DNA of 64,000 bases, from contig JAJXZJ010000060.1 in NCBI GenBank assembly GCA_021780105.1, forward strand, positions 74,691 to 138,690. Reading direction: 5' to 3'. This DNA is from a bacterium (GTDB lineage: Bacteria; Verrucomicrobiota; Verrucomicrobiia; Limisphaerales; J093). Both the position numbers and the translations under genes were made by a program. Numbering within the stretch: the first letter of the stretch is position 1; every line of letters begins with the position of its first letter. Below the pieces are notes generated by a model. It worked only from the letters and a program-made list of their open reading frames with translations, did not search any database and was not told the DNA's origin. This document shows positions 8,412-18,282 of this stretch, one piece after another.

Positions 8412-9341
8412 GTGCCGGAATACACTCATCGCACCGTCCTGCGGGACGAGTTGGTGGCGGCCCTCCAGCCGCGGGCGGGTGGTCGTTTTGCGGATGGAAC
8501 GCTCGGCGGCGCCGGGCACGCGGCGGCGATTTTACGGGCGAGCGCGCCCGACGGGTGGCTCTTTGGCTGTGATCGCGACCCGGCCGCCCTGGCGGCGGCG
8601 GCGAAGGTGCTGGCGGCGTTCGCCGGCCGGTTTGAATTACGGCAGGGAAGTTTTGCCGAACTGGCGAACTGGCTGCCGGCCGGCAGTCTCGACGGCGTGG
8701 CAATGGACTTGGGAGTCAGTTCGCCGCAGTTGGATCAGCCGGACCGCGGCTTCAGTCTCCAGCACGACGGCCCGCTGGACATGCGGTTCGATCCGGCGGC
8801 GACGTTGACCGCGGCGCAGTTGGTGAACGAGACCGGCGCGGACGAACTGGCGCGGATGTTCTGGGAACTGGGCGACGAGCCGCAATCGCGCCGGCTGGCA
8901 CGCGCCATCGTCGAGGAACGGCAAAATCGTCCGTTTCAGACGACGCGGCAACTGGCCGGTCTGATCGAGCGGTTGGTGCTGCGGCATGGCCGGGCGACGC
9001 ACCCGGCCACGCGCGTGTTCCAGGCGTTGCGCATGGCAGTGAACGACGAGTTGGGTGCGCTGGAGCGCGGGTTGCAGGCGTCGTGGACGGTTTTGAAGCC
9101 GGCCGGCCGGCTGGCGGTCATATCGTTTCATTCCGGCGAGGATCGTTTGGTGAAACAGTTTGGGCGGGCGTTGGTCCGGGACTACGAATTCTCCGGCGCG
9201 GTGGACCGGCCGGAATTCCGGCGGCCGCGGGCGCCGCGGGCGCGGTGGGTGTTCCGGCAGCCGGTCCGGCCGGGCGCGGACGAACTGGCGGCGAATCCGC
9301 GGGCGCGCAGCGCCCAGTTGCGGGTGCTCGAAAAGATTTAG
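8412..9341 (+). CDS. rsmH: 16S rRNA (cytosine1402-N4)-methyltransferase
   Basis: GTG 8412 lies 12 nt after the upstream stop. ..HRTVLRDELVAAL.. and ..DGTLGGAGHAAAIL.. are RsmH N-terminal hallmarks. The ORF-track start 8250 is a GTG in a lower-GC3 overlap. Confidence 0.85.
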   Translation: MPEYTHRTVLRDELVAALQPRAGGRFADGTLGGAGHAAAILRASAPDGWLFGCDRDPAALAAAAKVLAAFAGRFELRQGSFAELANWLPAGSLDGVAMDLGVSSPQLDQPDRGFSLQHDGPLDMRFDPAATLTAAQLVNETGADELARMFWELGDEPQSRRLARAIVEERQNRPFQTTRQLAGLIERLVLRHGRATHPATRVFQALRMAVNDELGALERGLQASWTVLKPAGRLAVISFHSGEDRLVKQFGRALVRDYEFSGAVDRPEFRRPRAPRARWVFRQPVRPGADELAANPRARSAQLRVLEKI

Positions 9342-9356
9342 CGGCAAAATCAGGTC

Positions 9357-9725
9357 ATGGCGCGAAAACGAAAATCAGGCGGCAGCGTGGTCCGGCCCGG
9401 GCAGGTGCTCGCGGTGCTGGTCATTTGCAGCGCGTTGGCCGCCGCGGGTGTCGGCTACGTCTGGCACCAGAACCGGAACGCCGTCCTGGAGCGGGAGATT
9501 TTCGTCCAGCAGACGGAGTCGCAGCGGCTGCGGCAGTTGTCGGCTGAGCTTGATAACGAAATCGCCAAGTTGCGGACCTACGAAGCGGTCGTGACGAATG
9601 CGGAGCGCCGCAATCTCGGCCTGCAGATGCCGCAACCGGATCAAATCTTGCGGCTGCCGGAACCGACGTCCAACGCGGGCGCGGCGCGGACAAACCCGCC
9701 GCGGTTCCTGGTGCGGGCCAGGTGA
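9357..9725 (+). CDS. ftsL: FtsL-like cell division protein
   Basis: 122 aa with a basic N-terminus, one TM segment (VLAVLVICSALAAAGVGYVW) and a coiled-coil segment. Canonical position between rsmH and ftsI. Confidence 0.55.
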   Translation: MARKRKSGGSVVRPGQVLAVLVICSALAAAGVGYVWHQNRNAVLEREIFVQQTESQRLRQLSAELDNEIAKLRTYEAVVTNAERRNLGLQMPQPDQILRLPEPTSNAGAARTNPPRFLVRAR

Positions 9726-11707
9726 ATCGGGGTCGGCGGAACGGAAGAACAGCAACGCGACGGCCGGCCGAAAGCCGGACGCCGGCCAACAACGCAAACA
9801 GCATGATCAAGGGCGCGCCAAGTCGGTGGCTGGGATTCTTGGGAATCCTGGTGGTCCTGGCGTTTACCGGCCTGGCGGTCTGGCTCTCACAGATTCAGGT
9901 GCGGGACCACGGGCAGTGGGGCCGGCTCTCCCTGGGCAACGCGCAGCGGGCCATCGCCCGCGTTGCCAGCCGGGGTGACATTCTGGACGCCCGCGGCACG
10001 CCGCTGGCCATCACGGTGCCGGCGAAGACCGTTTGCGCCGATCCATCGTTGATTTACACCCAGCGCGCGCAGGTGGCGCGGCTGCTGGCGCCTTTGCTGC
10101 AAATGGACGCCGCCGATTTATACCAGCGCCTCGCGCCGAAGCTGCGCACCAATTCCACCGGCCGGCTGGCGACCAATGCCTTTGTGCTGCTGAAGCATCA
10201 AGTGCCGTTGGATCAATGGCGGCAGATCACCAACGCGATGGCCGGCCTCGACCTGGGACCCAAGCCAAGACGCTCCGACAGCGCGCTCGGGCTGGCCCAG
10301 AACGCCCTGCGGACGCGGGCGATTTTCGGCGTGGATGACCCGTTGCGCCGGTATCCCAGCCAGTCGCTCGCCGCGCACGTGCTGGGCTTTGTCTCCAGCA
10401 GCGAAGCGCAGACCGATCACGGCCGGGTTTACGAAATGCACGGGCAGGGCGGCATCGAGAAGACGTTCGACAAGGTGTTGAACGGTCTGCCGGGCTGGCG
10501 CTCGCGCAACGAGGACATTGCGGCGCGGCGCGGCTTGAACGTGGTGCTGACCCTCGACGCAGGAGTTCAGGCCATTGTCGAGGAGGAACTGGCCAAAGTG
10601 ATGGCCAGGTTCAAACCGGAGAGTGTGTGCGCCATCGTCGTGCGGCCGAAAACCGGGGAAATCCTGGCGCTGGCCAACCTGCCCACGTTCGACCCGAACC
10701 AGCCCGGCACGAACGTGGCCGCCTCCTTTGACAACCACATCATCTCGGACGCCTACGAACCGGGGTCCACGTTCAAGATTGTCACCATCGCCACGGCGCT
10801 GAACGACGGGAAGATTTCGCTGGGGGAAACCGTGTTTTGCGAGAATGGCTACTGGAGCCAATACCGGCTCAGAGACGCCCACGGTTACGGGACGCTGACC
10901 TTCGAGGACGTCGTGGCCAAGTCTTCCAACATCGGCACCGCCAAGGCCGCGTTGCGGCTCGGAGCAACCCGGCTTTACAACACGGTGACCAATTTCGGCT
11001 TCGGACTTTACACGGGCATTCCTCTGCCGGACGAGTCCCGCGGCCGGATCGCCCACCCGCGCAGTTGGGACGGCCGGACCATCACCCGCGTGCCGATGGG
11101 CCAGTCCATCATGACCACGCCGCTGCAAATGGTGATGGCCATGTCGGCCATCGCCAACGGTGGCTTGCTCATGCAACCGCTCATCGTCCAGCGGCTGGAG
11201 GACGATCAGGGTCACGTCATTCGTCGGGCCGCGCCGATGGTGCTGCACCGCGTGGTCAGCGAACCGGCCGCCAGGGAACTGGTGCGCGCGCTGAAATCCG
11301 TCGCCTCGGACGAAGGCACCGGCAAGGCGGCGCAGTTGGATTATTACACGGTGGGCGGCAAGACCGGCACCGCGCAGCAGACGGTGAACGGCGTTTACGG
11401 TCCGTCGGTGTATTACTCGTCGTTCATCGGCTTCTTCCCGGCCGACAATCCCGAGCTGTGCATTCTGGTCGGGGTGGACCGGCCGGATGTCCACATCGCC
11501 CATTACGGCGGCACGGTGGCGGCGCCGGCGTTCAAGGCGATTGCCGAGCGCGCCGCCGGGTATCTGCGCATCGCGCCCGATCTCCAGCCCGGACTCAATC
11601 CCGAAACCGCCCCCAAGCCGCGGCCCGAGCCTCCGCCCGAACTCGCCAACCGCCGGGCTTACGCCACGACCCACCCGCCGTCGTCTGCCGCCCTGGCCCG
11701 ACGCTAA
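9722..11707 (+). CDS. ftsI: peptidoglycan D,D-transpeptidase FtsI (class B PBP)
   Basis: Motifs STFK, SSN and KTGT, plus an N-terminal TM segment. GTG 9722 overlaps the ftsL stop (GTGA). An alternative ATG lies at 9803. Confidence 0.85.
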   Translation: MNRGRRNGRTATRRPAESRTPANNANSMIKGAPSRWLGFLGILVVLAFTGLAVWLSQIQVRDHGQWGRLSLGNAQRAIARVASRGDILDARGTPLAITVPAKTVCADPSLIYTQRAQVARLLAPLLQMDAADLYQRLAPKLRTNSTGRLATNAFVLLKHQVPLDQWRQITNAMAGLDLGPKPRRSDSALGLAQNALRTRAIFGVDDPLRRYPSQSLAAHVLGFVSSSEAQTDHGRVYEMHGQGGIEKTFDKVLNGLPGWRSRNEDIAARRGLNVVLTLDAGVQAIVEEELAKVMARFKPESVCAIVVRPKTGEILALANLPTFDPNQPGTNVAASFDNHIISDAYEPGSTFKIVTIATALNDGKISLGETVFCENGYWSQYRLRDAHGYGTLTFEDVVAKSSNIGTAKAALRLGATRLYNTVTNFGFGLYTGIPLPDESRGRIAHPRSWDGRTITRVPMGQSIMTTPLQMVMAMSAIANGGLLMQPLIVQRLEDDQGHVIRRAAPMVLHRVVSEPAARELVRALKSVASDEGTGKAAQLDYYTVGGKTGTAQQTVNGVYGPSVYYSSFIGFFPADNPELCILVGVDRPDVHIAHYGGTVAAPAFKAIAERAAGYLRIAPDLQPGLNPETAPKPRPEPPPELANRRAYATTHPPSSAALARR

Positions 11708-11712
11708 CGCCC

Positions 11713-13206
11713 ATGCAACTCCGCGACCTGGTTTCCCATCTGCCCACGCTGACGATTGAAGGTCCGCTCGACCGCGACGTCGTCGGCCTGGCGTATGATT
11801 CGCGGCGGGTCACGCCCGGCATGGTGTTCTTCGCCATTCCCGGACTGAACACCGACGGCCACGATTTCATCGCCAGCGCCATCGAGCGCGGTGCCGTGGC
11901 GGTGGTCTGCCAGCGCAACGGTTTCGTGTCGCGCCGGGCCACGAAGATCAAGGTGGCGGACACCCGCGAGGCCCTGGCCCTGGTCGCCGCCGAATTCTAC
12001 GGTCACCCGAGCCGGAAGCTGAAAGTGATCGGCGTCACCGGCACCAACGGCAAAACCTGCGTCGCCTTCATGCTCCGCGCCATGTTGGAGGCCGCAGGTG
12101 CGCGCCCCGGGTTGATCTCAACCATCCGCCACGAGATCGGCGACCGGGTCATGCCCGCGCAACGCACGACGCCCGAGGCGCTCGAAATCCAGCAGATGCT
12201 CGCGGCCATGATCCGGGCCGGCTGCCAGACCTGCGTGATGGAAGTCAGTTCGCACGCCCTGGACCAGCGGCGTGTTTGCGGCGTGGAGTTCGACCTCGGC
12301 ATCTTCACCAACCTCACTGAGGACCACCTCGACTACCACGCTTTGCTGGAGGATTACTTTCAGGCAAAAAAACGGCTGTTTCAGACGATCCAGGCCGGGA
12401 CCAAACGTGGCGGTGCGGTGATCAACATAGACGACGCCTATGGCGCCCGGCTGGCGCGCGAGACCGCCGCCGAGGTGCAACTCACCTACGGCCTGGGCGA
12501 TGCCGCGCGCGTCCGCGCCCACCACGTCGCCGCCGTCCGCCAGGGCACGCGCATGACCATCGAAGGGCCGGCCGGCAGCTTCGACTGTCTGCTGCCGCTC
12601 ATCGGCCGGCACAACGTCTATAATGCCCTGGCCGCCACCGGCGCCGGGTTTTTTCTGCAACTTCCGCCGGCGACCATGCGCGCCGCGCTCAACGCGATGC
12701 AGCCGGTTCCCGGCCGGCTCGAAAGCATCGCCCAGGGCCAGCCTTTCGCCGTGTTCGTGGACTACGCGCACACTGAAGCGGCGTTGCGTCTGGTCCTGCA
12801 AACCCTGCGCGAAACCACCGCCGGCCGGCTGTTGCTGGCCTTCGGCTGCGGCGGCAGCCGTGACACCGCCAAACGCGCCCGCATGGGCCGCGTTGCCGCC
12901 GAACTGGCCGACGTGACGGTGATCACGAATGACAATCCACGCCGCGAAGCGCCGGAGGAAATCGCCGCGCAAATCGAAACGGGCTATCGCGCGGTCCGCG
13001 CGGACGGCTGCCGGATTGAACTCGACCGCCGGCGGGCGATTGACGAGCTGCTGCGTGCGGCCCAGCCCGGCGACACCGTGCTCATCGCCGGCAAGGGCCA
13101 TGAAACCTACCAGGAATTTGAAGACACGGTCGTCCCGTTTGACGACCGGGTTTACGTCCGCGAAACGCTGGAAAACCTCGGCTTCGCCCGCCGGACGGGC
13201 GGGTAA
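11713..13206 (+). CDS. murE: UDP-MurNAc-L-Ala-D-Glu:meso-DAP ligase
   Basis: ATG 11713. Mur-ligase P-loop GVTGTNGKT and a DNPR motif (..ITNDNPRRE..). The ORF-track 5' extension from 10837 overlaps ftsI. Confidence 0.9.
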   Translation: MQLRDLVSHLPTLTIEGPLDRDVVGLAYDSRRVTPGMVFFAIPGLNTDGHDFIASAIERGAVAVVCQRNGFVSRRATKIKVADTREALALVAAEFYGHPSRKLKVIGVTGTNGKTCVAFMLRAMLEAAGARPGLISTIRHEIGDRVMPAQRTTPEALEIQQMLAAMIRAGCQTCVMEVSSHALDQRRVCGVEFDLGIFTNLTEDHLDYHALLEDYFQAKKRLFQTIQAGTKRGGAVINIDDAYGARLARETAAEVQLTYGLGDAARVRAHHVAAVRQGTRMTIEGPAGSFDCLLPLIGRHNVYNALAATGAGFFLQLPPATMRAALNAMQPVPGRLESIAQGQPFAVFVDYAHTEAALRLVLQTLRETTAGRLLLAFGCGGSRDTAKRARMGRVAAELADVTVITNDNPRREAPEEIAAQIETGYRAVRADGCRIELDRRRAIDELLRAAQPGDTVLIAGKGHETYQEFEDTVVPFDDRVYVRETLENLGFARRTGG

Positions 13207-13208
13207 GG

Positions 13209-14612
13209 ATGATGGCCGTGATGGAACCGCTCACCCTCCAGGAAGTGGCGCAAAGCTGCGCGGGCCGCCTGTTGCGCGGCGCGCCCGAACGGTGCGTGCG
13301 GCGTGTCACCACCGATTCGCGGACGGCGCGGGCGGGCGACCTGTTTGTCGCCTTGCGTGGCGAGCGGTTTGACGGGCATCAGTTCATCGGCGTCGCGGCA
13401 AGCTGCGGCGCCGCCGGCATCCTTGCCGAGGCCGCCCGGTTGCCCGACCCGTTGCCGGACCATCCGATCGTGGCCGTGTCCGACAGCCGTCGCGCGCTGG
13501 GCGAACTGGCGGCGCAGTATCGGCAAAAATTCACCCTTCCGCTGGTCGCCGTGACCGGCTCGAACGGCAAGACCACCACCAAGGAACTGCTCGCCGCGGT
13601 GCTCGGCCAGCGGTTGGCCACGCTCGCCAGCGAGGCCAGTTTCAACAACGACATCGGCGTGCCGCTCACGCTGCTCAAACTGGAGCGGACGCACGCGGCG
13701 GCCGTGCTGGAGGCGGGCACGAATCATCCCGGCGAGCTGGCGCCGCTGCTGCGGATGATCCAGCCGCGTTTTGGCGTGTTGACCAGCCTCGGCCGCGAAC
13801 ACCTGGAACATTTTGGCGACTTCGCCGGCGTCGTCGCCGAAGAAGGCGCGCTGGCGGAGGCGTTGCCGCCGGACGGCAAATTGTTTGTGAACGCTGACAG
13901 TCCACAGATCGAAGCCGTCGTCGCCCGCAGTCGCGCCGCCGTCGTCCGCGTGGGGTGGGGGACCGGCTGCGCGTGGCGGGCCGAAGCGTGCCGGGTGGAA
14001 CCCGCCGGCACGACCTTCCGCGTTGCCGCCGCCCGCGCCGGATTCTCCGGCGAATATCGGTTGCAGTTGCTCGGCCGGCACCAGGTTGCGAACGCGCTGC
14101 TGGCGCTCGCCGTCGGCGCGGAATTCGGATTGAGTCGAACGGAGCTGCAACGCGGCCTCGCCGGGTGTGCGCCCGCGCCGTTGCGGCTCGAATGGCAGAA
14201 CGTCCGCGGCATCGGCGTGCTGGCCGATTGTTACAACGCCAACGCGGATTCGACGCTGGCCGCGCTGGCGGTGTTGCGCGACCTGCCGTGCGCCGGGCGG
14301 CGGATTGCCGTGCTGGGCGACATGGGCGAACTCGGCCGGCACAGCCAGGCGGCGCACGAGGAGATCGGTGCGCAGGCCGCCGCGCACGGCGTGAGCGAGT
14401 TGCTGGCGGTCGGCACCATGGCGCCGGTGTTGGCGGGCGCGGCGCGGCGGGCCGGGCTGGCGGCGACGGAATTCGCGGACGCGGTGGCGGCGGCGTCTGC
14501 GTTGGCGCGACAAGCGCGCGCAGGAGACTTGATTTTGGTGAAGGCCTCGCGGTCGGCGCGGCTGGAACGCGTGATGGACTATTTGAACGCCGGTGACACA
14601 AACGCCGGGTGA
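13209..14612 (+). CDS. murF: UDP-MurNAc-tripeptide:D-Ala-D-Ala ligase
   Basis: P-loop ..VTGSNGKTTTKE.. MurF-like over the whole length, in the dcw position. Confidence 0.9.
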   Translation: MMAVMEPLTLQEVAQSCAGRLLRGAPERCVRRVTTDSRTARAGDLFVALRGERFDGHQFIGVAASCGAAGILAEAARLPDPLPDHPIVAVSDSRRALGELAAQYRQKFTLPLVAVTGSNGKTTTKELLAAVLGQRLATLASEASFNNDIGVPLTLLKLERTHAAAVLEAGTNHPGELAPLLRMIQPRFGVLTSLGREHLEHFGDFAGVVAEEGALAEALPPDGKLFVNADSPQIEAVVARSRAAVVRVGWGTGCAWRAEACRVEPAGTTFRVAAARAGFSGEYRLQLLGRHQVANALLALAVGAEFGLSRTELQRGLAGCAPAPLRLEWQNVRGIGVLADCYNANADSTLAALAVLRDLPCAGRRIAVLGDMGELGRHSQAAHEEIGAQAAAHGVSELLAVGTMAPVLAGAARRAGLAATEFADAVAAASALARQARAGDLILVKASRSARLERVMDYLNAGDTNAG

Positions 14613-14618
14613 GCAGGC

Positions 14619-15767
14619 ATGTTTTTTTATCTGAGCCAACATTTGCTGCAGGTTGCGGAGGGCACCGAGTGGGCGGCCGCGTTGTCGCCCCTGCGCGTGT
14701 TTCGTTACATCACGTTCCGGGCGGCGGCGGCGGCCGTCATGGCCTTGCTGCTGAGCCTGTGGCTGGGACCGGGATTCATCCGCTGGCTCAAGCGGTTGAA
14801 ATTCGGCCAGAATTACCGCGATCTGGCCAACGCCAACGGCGACCTGCGGAGCCGCATCGTTGACAAGCGCGGCACGCCGATCATGGGCGGGCTGTTGATC
14901 GTGGCGGTGATTGACGCGACGGCGCTGCTCTGGGCGCAGTGGAATGCGCTCGTCGTGTTGACGCTGGTTTCGCTGGTCGGGCTGGCCGGGCTGGGTTTTT
15001 ATGACGATTACGCGAAGCTGGCGCTTCAGACCGGGAAAGGATTACACGGCCGGGTCAAGCTTTGGGTGCAGGGTCTGCTGGCATTGTTCATCGCGGTTTA
15101 CCTCTGGTGGGTGCCGGAAACCAACCGCCTGATCACGGACGTCATGGTGCCGTTTTACAAATTTCCCGTGTTGACGGGGGCCACCACCGCCGGCGTCGTG
15201 CTGACGGTGCTGACGATCGTGGGCAGCTCGAATGCCGTGAACCTGACCGACGGTCTCGACGGGCTGGCCATCGGCTGCACACTGATCGTGACCGCGGTGT
15301 TCCTGGTGTTCACCTACATCGCCGGCAACGCGCGGCTGGCCGCTTACCTGCAGGTGCCGTCGGTGCCGGGCGCCGGCGAATTGACCGTGGTCTGCGCGGC
15401 CATTTTCGGTGCGTCGCTGGGCTTTCTGTGGTTCAACTGCCACCCGGCGGAGGTGTTCATGGGGGACACCGGCTCGCTGGCCTTGGGCGGCGTGCTCGGC
15501 ATCATCGCGGTGCTCGTCCACCAGCCCTTTGTGCTGCTCATCGCGGGCGGCGTGTTTGTGGTCGAGGCGGTGTCGGTGATGATCCAGGTGTCCTGTTTCA
15601 AGTTTTACCGGCGGTTCCACCATGTGGAAAAACGGATTTTTTTGCGTACGCCGCTGCACCTGCACTTTGAGCTGAAGGGTTGGTATGAATCTAAGATTGT
15701 GACCCGTTTTTACATCCTGTGCGTCCTGTGCGCCGTGGTGGCGCTGGCCACGTTGAAGCTGCGCTGA
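14619..15767 (+). CDS. mraY: phospho-N-acetylmuramoyl-pentapeptide transferase
   Basis: Polytopic membrane protein with ..NAVNLTDGLDGLA.. and ..MGDTGSLALGG.. motifs. Confidence 0.95.
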   Translation: MFFYLSQHLLQVAEGTEWAAALSPLRVFRYITFRAAAAAVMALLLSLWLGPGFIRWLKRLKFGQNYRDLANANGDLRSRIVDKRGTPIMGGLLIVAVIDATALLWAQWNALVVLTLVSLVGLAGLGFYDDYAKLALQTGKGLHGRVKLWVQGLLALFIAVYLWWVPETNRLITDVMVPFYKFPVLTGATTAGVVLTVLTIVGSSNAVNLTDGLDGLAIGCTLIVTAVFLVFTYIAGNARLAAYLQVPSVPGAGELTVVCAAIFGASLGFLWFNCHPAEVFMGDTGSLALGGVLGIIAVLVHQPFVLLIAGGVFVVEAVSVMIQVSCFKFYRRFHHVEKRIFLRTPLHLHFELKGWYESKIVTRFYILCVLCAVVALATLKLR

Positions 15768-16134
15768 ACAACCGGAATTTGCCCCTTATGACCGCCCGCC
15801 AAGATGCATCTGTTTCCGCCCCGGGCCGGTGCCGCCCGGCGCGCGGCAAGGCGCGGCCGTTTACTCCTTGCAGCGGGCGCGGTTCGTTGTTAGAAGCGGA
15901 CCCAGTTGCAGCGGCAGAGAAGGCCGCCGGCGCGGGAACCTTGCCGCCGCCGGCGACTGCGTGTCGAGAGACGCTTCCTGATTTCCGGCAACCGGGCGAC
16001 GTGTGCCGCCGAACCGGAGAACGCCTGACGCCGGTCACCGTTGGCAGGCTTGACGATTTTGGCCCCATGTCCGGGGGCCGCAGCCTCTCTTTTCACGGTC
16101 GCTGCCCGGCGCGTAACAATAGACAAGACGATTT

Positions 16135-16167
16135 GCCCGGGCGTTTTTTGAGGGAAAACGCCGGGGC
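16135..16167 (+). other. stable inverted repeat (13-bp stem with 1 mismatch) in the mraY-LysM gap
   Basis: GCCCGGGCGTTTT (16135-16147) pairs with AAAACGCCGGGGC (16155-16167); the loop is TTGAGGG. No U-tract follows on either strand. Confidence 0.5.
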
Positions 16168-16214
16168 GAAACGATACACCAAAACTACCTCAACGTCCTA
16201 ACCACCACGTCATC

Positions 16215-17057
16215 ATGAATACTCCCAGTCCGCTCTCCCCGCTGAGCCCGCTCTCGCAGGCATCCAAGGGAAAATCCAATGTCCGCATCGCGGTCATCAC
16301 GATCATCGCGCTGCACGCGGTGTTCTTCGGCGGCCTGCTGCTGCAAGGCTGCAAGAAAACCCCCGAAACCAGTCTCGCCAGCCTGCCCACCAACACCGTG
16401 CCGACCAATGAGCTGCCGCCGCTCAATGGCTCGCCTTACGCGGCGGCACCGGCGGTCACAAATCCTCCGGCGGCCCCCAACCTTTGGCCCAGCAACGCGC
16501 CCAGCAACTGGGCCGCGCCGGCCTCGAATATTGACGCCGCCATCCCGGCGGCACCGGCCAACGAGATTCCGGCGGCGCCGGCGCCGGAGGGAACTGATTA
16601 CAAGGTCAAGAAAGGCGACACCCCGGCCAAGATTGCCAAGGCGCACGGTGTTTCGCTTGACGCGCTCATGCAGGCCAACCCCGGTCTGGAGCCGCGCAAG
16701 TTGAAGGTGGATCAGACCATTCACATTCCCGCGGGCGGCAAGGGGGCGACCACTGGGGCCGCCGCAACGGAGGCAGCGACCACCGCGGCTCCCGCGGAAG
16801 CCGGTGTCTCAGCGACAGTTCACGAGGTCAAGCCCGGCGAAAACCTGACCCGCATCGCCCACAAATATGGCGTCACGGTCAAGGCCATCCGCCAGGCCAA
16901 CGGCCTGAAGTCCGACCGCATCAACGCCGGTCAGAAACTGAAGATTCCGGGCGCGAAGACGGCGGCTCCCGTGACTGCGGAGACCACCGCGCCGGCGCCC
17001 GCCGCCAATCCGGTTCCCCCGCCGGTCGAGAACACCAATTTGCCGCCGATCCGCTGA
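16215..17057 (+). CDS. membrane-anchored protein with two LysM peptidoglycan-binding domains
   Basis: Short N-terminus, TM segment IAVITIIALHAVFFGGLLLQG and a Pro/Ala-rich linker. LysM1 is about 16596-16730 (DYKVKKGDTPAKIAKAHGVSLDALMQAN..). LysM2 is about 16818-16952 (HEVKPGENLTRIAHKYGVTVKAIRQAN..). Confidence 0.8.
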   Translation: MNTPSPLSPLSPLSQASKGKSNVRIAVITIIALHAVFFGGLLLQGCKKTPETSLASLPTNTVPTNELPPLNGSPYAAAPAVTNPPAAPNLWPSNAPSNWAAPASNIDAAIPAAPANEIPAAPAPEGTDYKVKKGDTPAKIAKAHGVSLDALMQANPGLEPRKLKVDQTIHIPAGGKGATTGAAATEAATTAAPAEAGVSATVHEVKPGENLTRIAHKYGVTVKAIRQANGLKSDRINAGQKLKIPGAKTAAPVTAETTAPAPAANPVPPPVENTNLPPIR

Positions 17058-17154
17058 CGGCCGACGTTCCGCCGGCCGGATCACGCGCTCCGGAGTTCCT
17101 CAATTCGGGGCGCGGTCCGGCCGGGCGGTCTGCCCGGCCAGCCGTCCTGCTGCC

Positions 17155-18282
17155 ATGAAAGCGATCACGACCTTGCTTGTTGTCTGCGTGCTGGCACTGC
17201 TGGCGCTGGGGATTGTGATGCTTTACAGCCTCAGCCCGGTGGATGCCAGCGGCCGGCTGGTGAACCGGCAGTTGATTGCGGCTGCGCTGGGTCTGGCGCT
17301 GGCCACGGGCATGGCGGCGCTGGACCACCGGATGTTCCGGCGGCTGTCACCGTGGTTCCTCGTCGCGGCCGCGGTGATGCTTGTGCTGGTGCTCATTCCG
17401 CATCTGGGCGTCCGGGTCAACGGCGCGCGGCGCTGGTTCCGGCTGGCGGGTTTTCAGTTTCAACCTTCGGATTTTGCGAAGCTGGCGCTGATTGTGTTCG
17501 TCGCGCATTACGGCAGCTATTATCAGCGGGCGATGGCGTCCTTCCGGCACGGCATCTTGACGCCGGGCGCGGTGATTGGCCTGACGATGCTGCTGATTTT
17601 TCTGGAACCCGACTGGGGCACGGCGCTGTTGCTGGCCGCGGTGAGCAGCGTCATGCTGTTGGTGGCGGGAGTGCGTTGGCATTATCTGGCGGTGCCGGTG
17701 GTTTTGGGCGGCATCGGGGTGGGGGTGTTGCTCTGGCACAACCCGGTCCGGTTTGATCGTTACTACAGTTGGCGGCACCTGGAGGAAACCAAGGACGCGG
17801 TCGGCTACCAGGCCTGGCAGGCGCAAATCGCCCTCGGTTCGGGCGGCCTGACCGGCAAAGGCTTGAACCAAAGCACGCAAAAGCGGCTCGTGCCGGAGAA
17901 ACAGACGGACTTCATTTTCGCGATCATCGGCGAGGAATTTGGCTACGCCGGCGCCGTGGCGGTCATCGCCACGTTCAGCCTGTTGTTCCTCTGCGGCCTC
18001 ACCATTGCCTGGCGGGCGCCGGATGCCTTTGGCCGGTTGCTGGCCACCGGGATCACCTTTCTCATCAGCTTGCAGGCGTTGTTGAACATTGCTGTCGTCT
18101 CCGGCGCCGTCCCGAACAAGGGCATCGCCCTGCCGTTCATCAGCTACGGCGGTTCCAACTTGATGATGATGCTGGTCTGCGCGGGCGTGCTGGTCAGCGT
18201 GGCGCGCGCCGGACAGGAAACGCCGGAAACCGGCGTCGAACCGGTGCCGCTCGAAAACGTCCCGATAACCCGCCTGGCGTGA
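17155..18282 (+). CDS. ftsW: peptidoglycan glycosyltransferase FtsW (SEDS family)
   Basis: 375-aa polytopic protein with SEDS-type motifs (..QPSDFAKL.., ..TDFIFAIIGEE.., ..LPFISYGGS..). Confidence 0.9.
   Translation: MKAITTLLVVCVLALLALGIVMLYSLSPVDASGRLVNRQLIAAALGLALATGMAALDHRMFRRLSPWFLVAAAVMLVLVLIPHLGVRVNGARRWFRLAGFQFQPSDFAKLALIVFVAHYGSYYQRAMASFRHGILTPGAVIGLTMLLIFLEPDWGTALLLAAVSSVMLLVAGVRWHYLAVPVVLGGIGVGVLLWHNPVRFDRYYSWRHLEETKDAVGYQAWQAQIALGSGGLTGKGLNQSTQKRLVPEKQTDFIFAIIGEEFGYAGAVAVIATFSLLFLCGLTIAWRAPDAFGRLLATGITFLISLQALLNIAVVSGAVPNKGIALPFISYGGSNLMMMLVCAGVLVSVARAGQETPETGVEPVPLENVPITRLA

Noticed and set aside
15768-16214. A cyclic-di-AMP (ydaO-type) riboswitch or other known riboswitch upstream of the LysM gene.
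   Set aside because: LysM and cell-wall genes are classic ydaO targets. However, I could not find the conserved ydaO core elements as I remember them (..GGGGACCCA.., ..ACGGGGUGAAUC..). Only a covariance-model scan could settle it.
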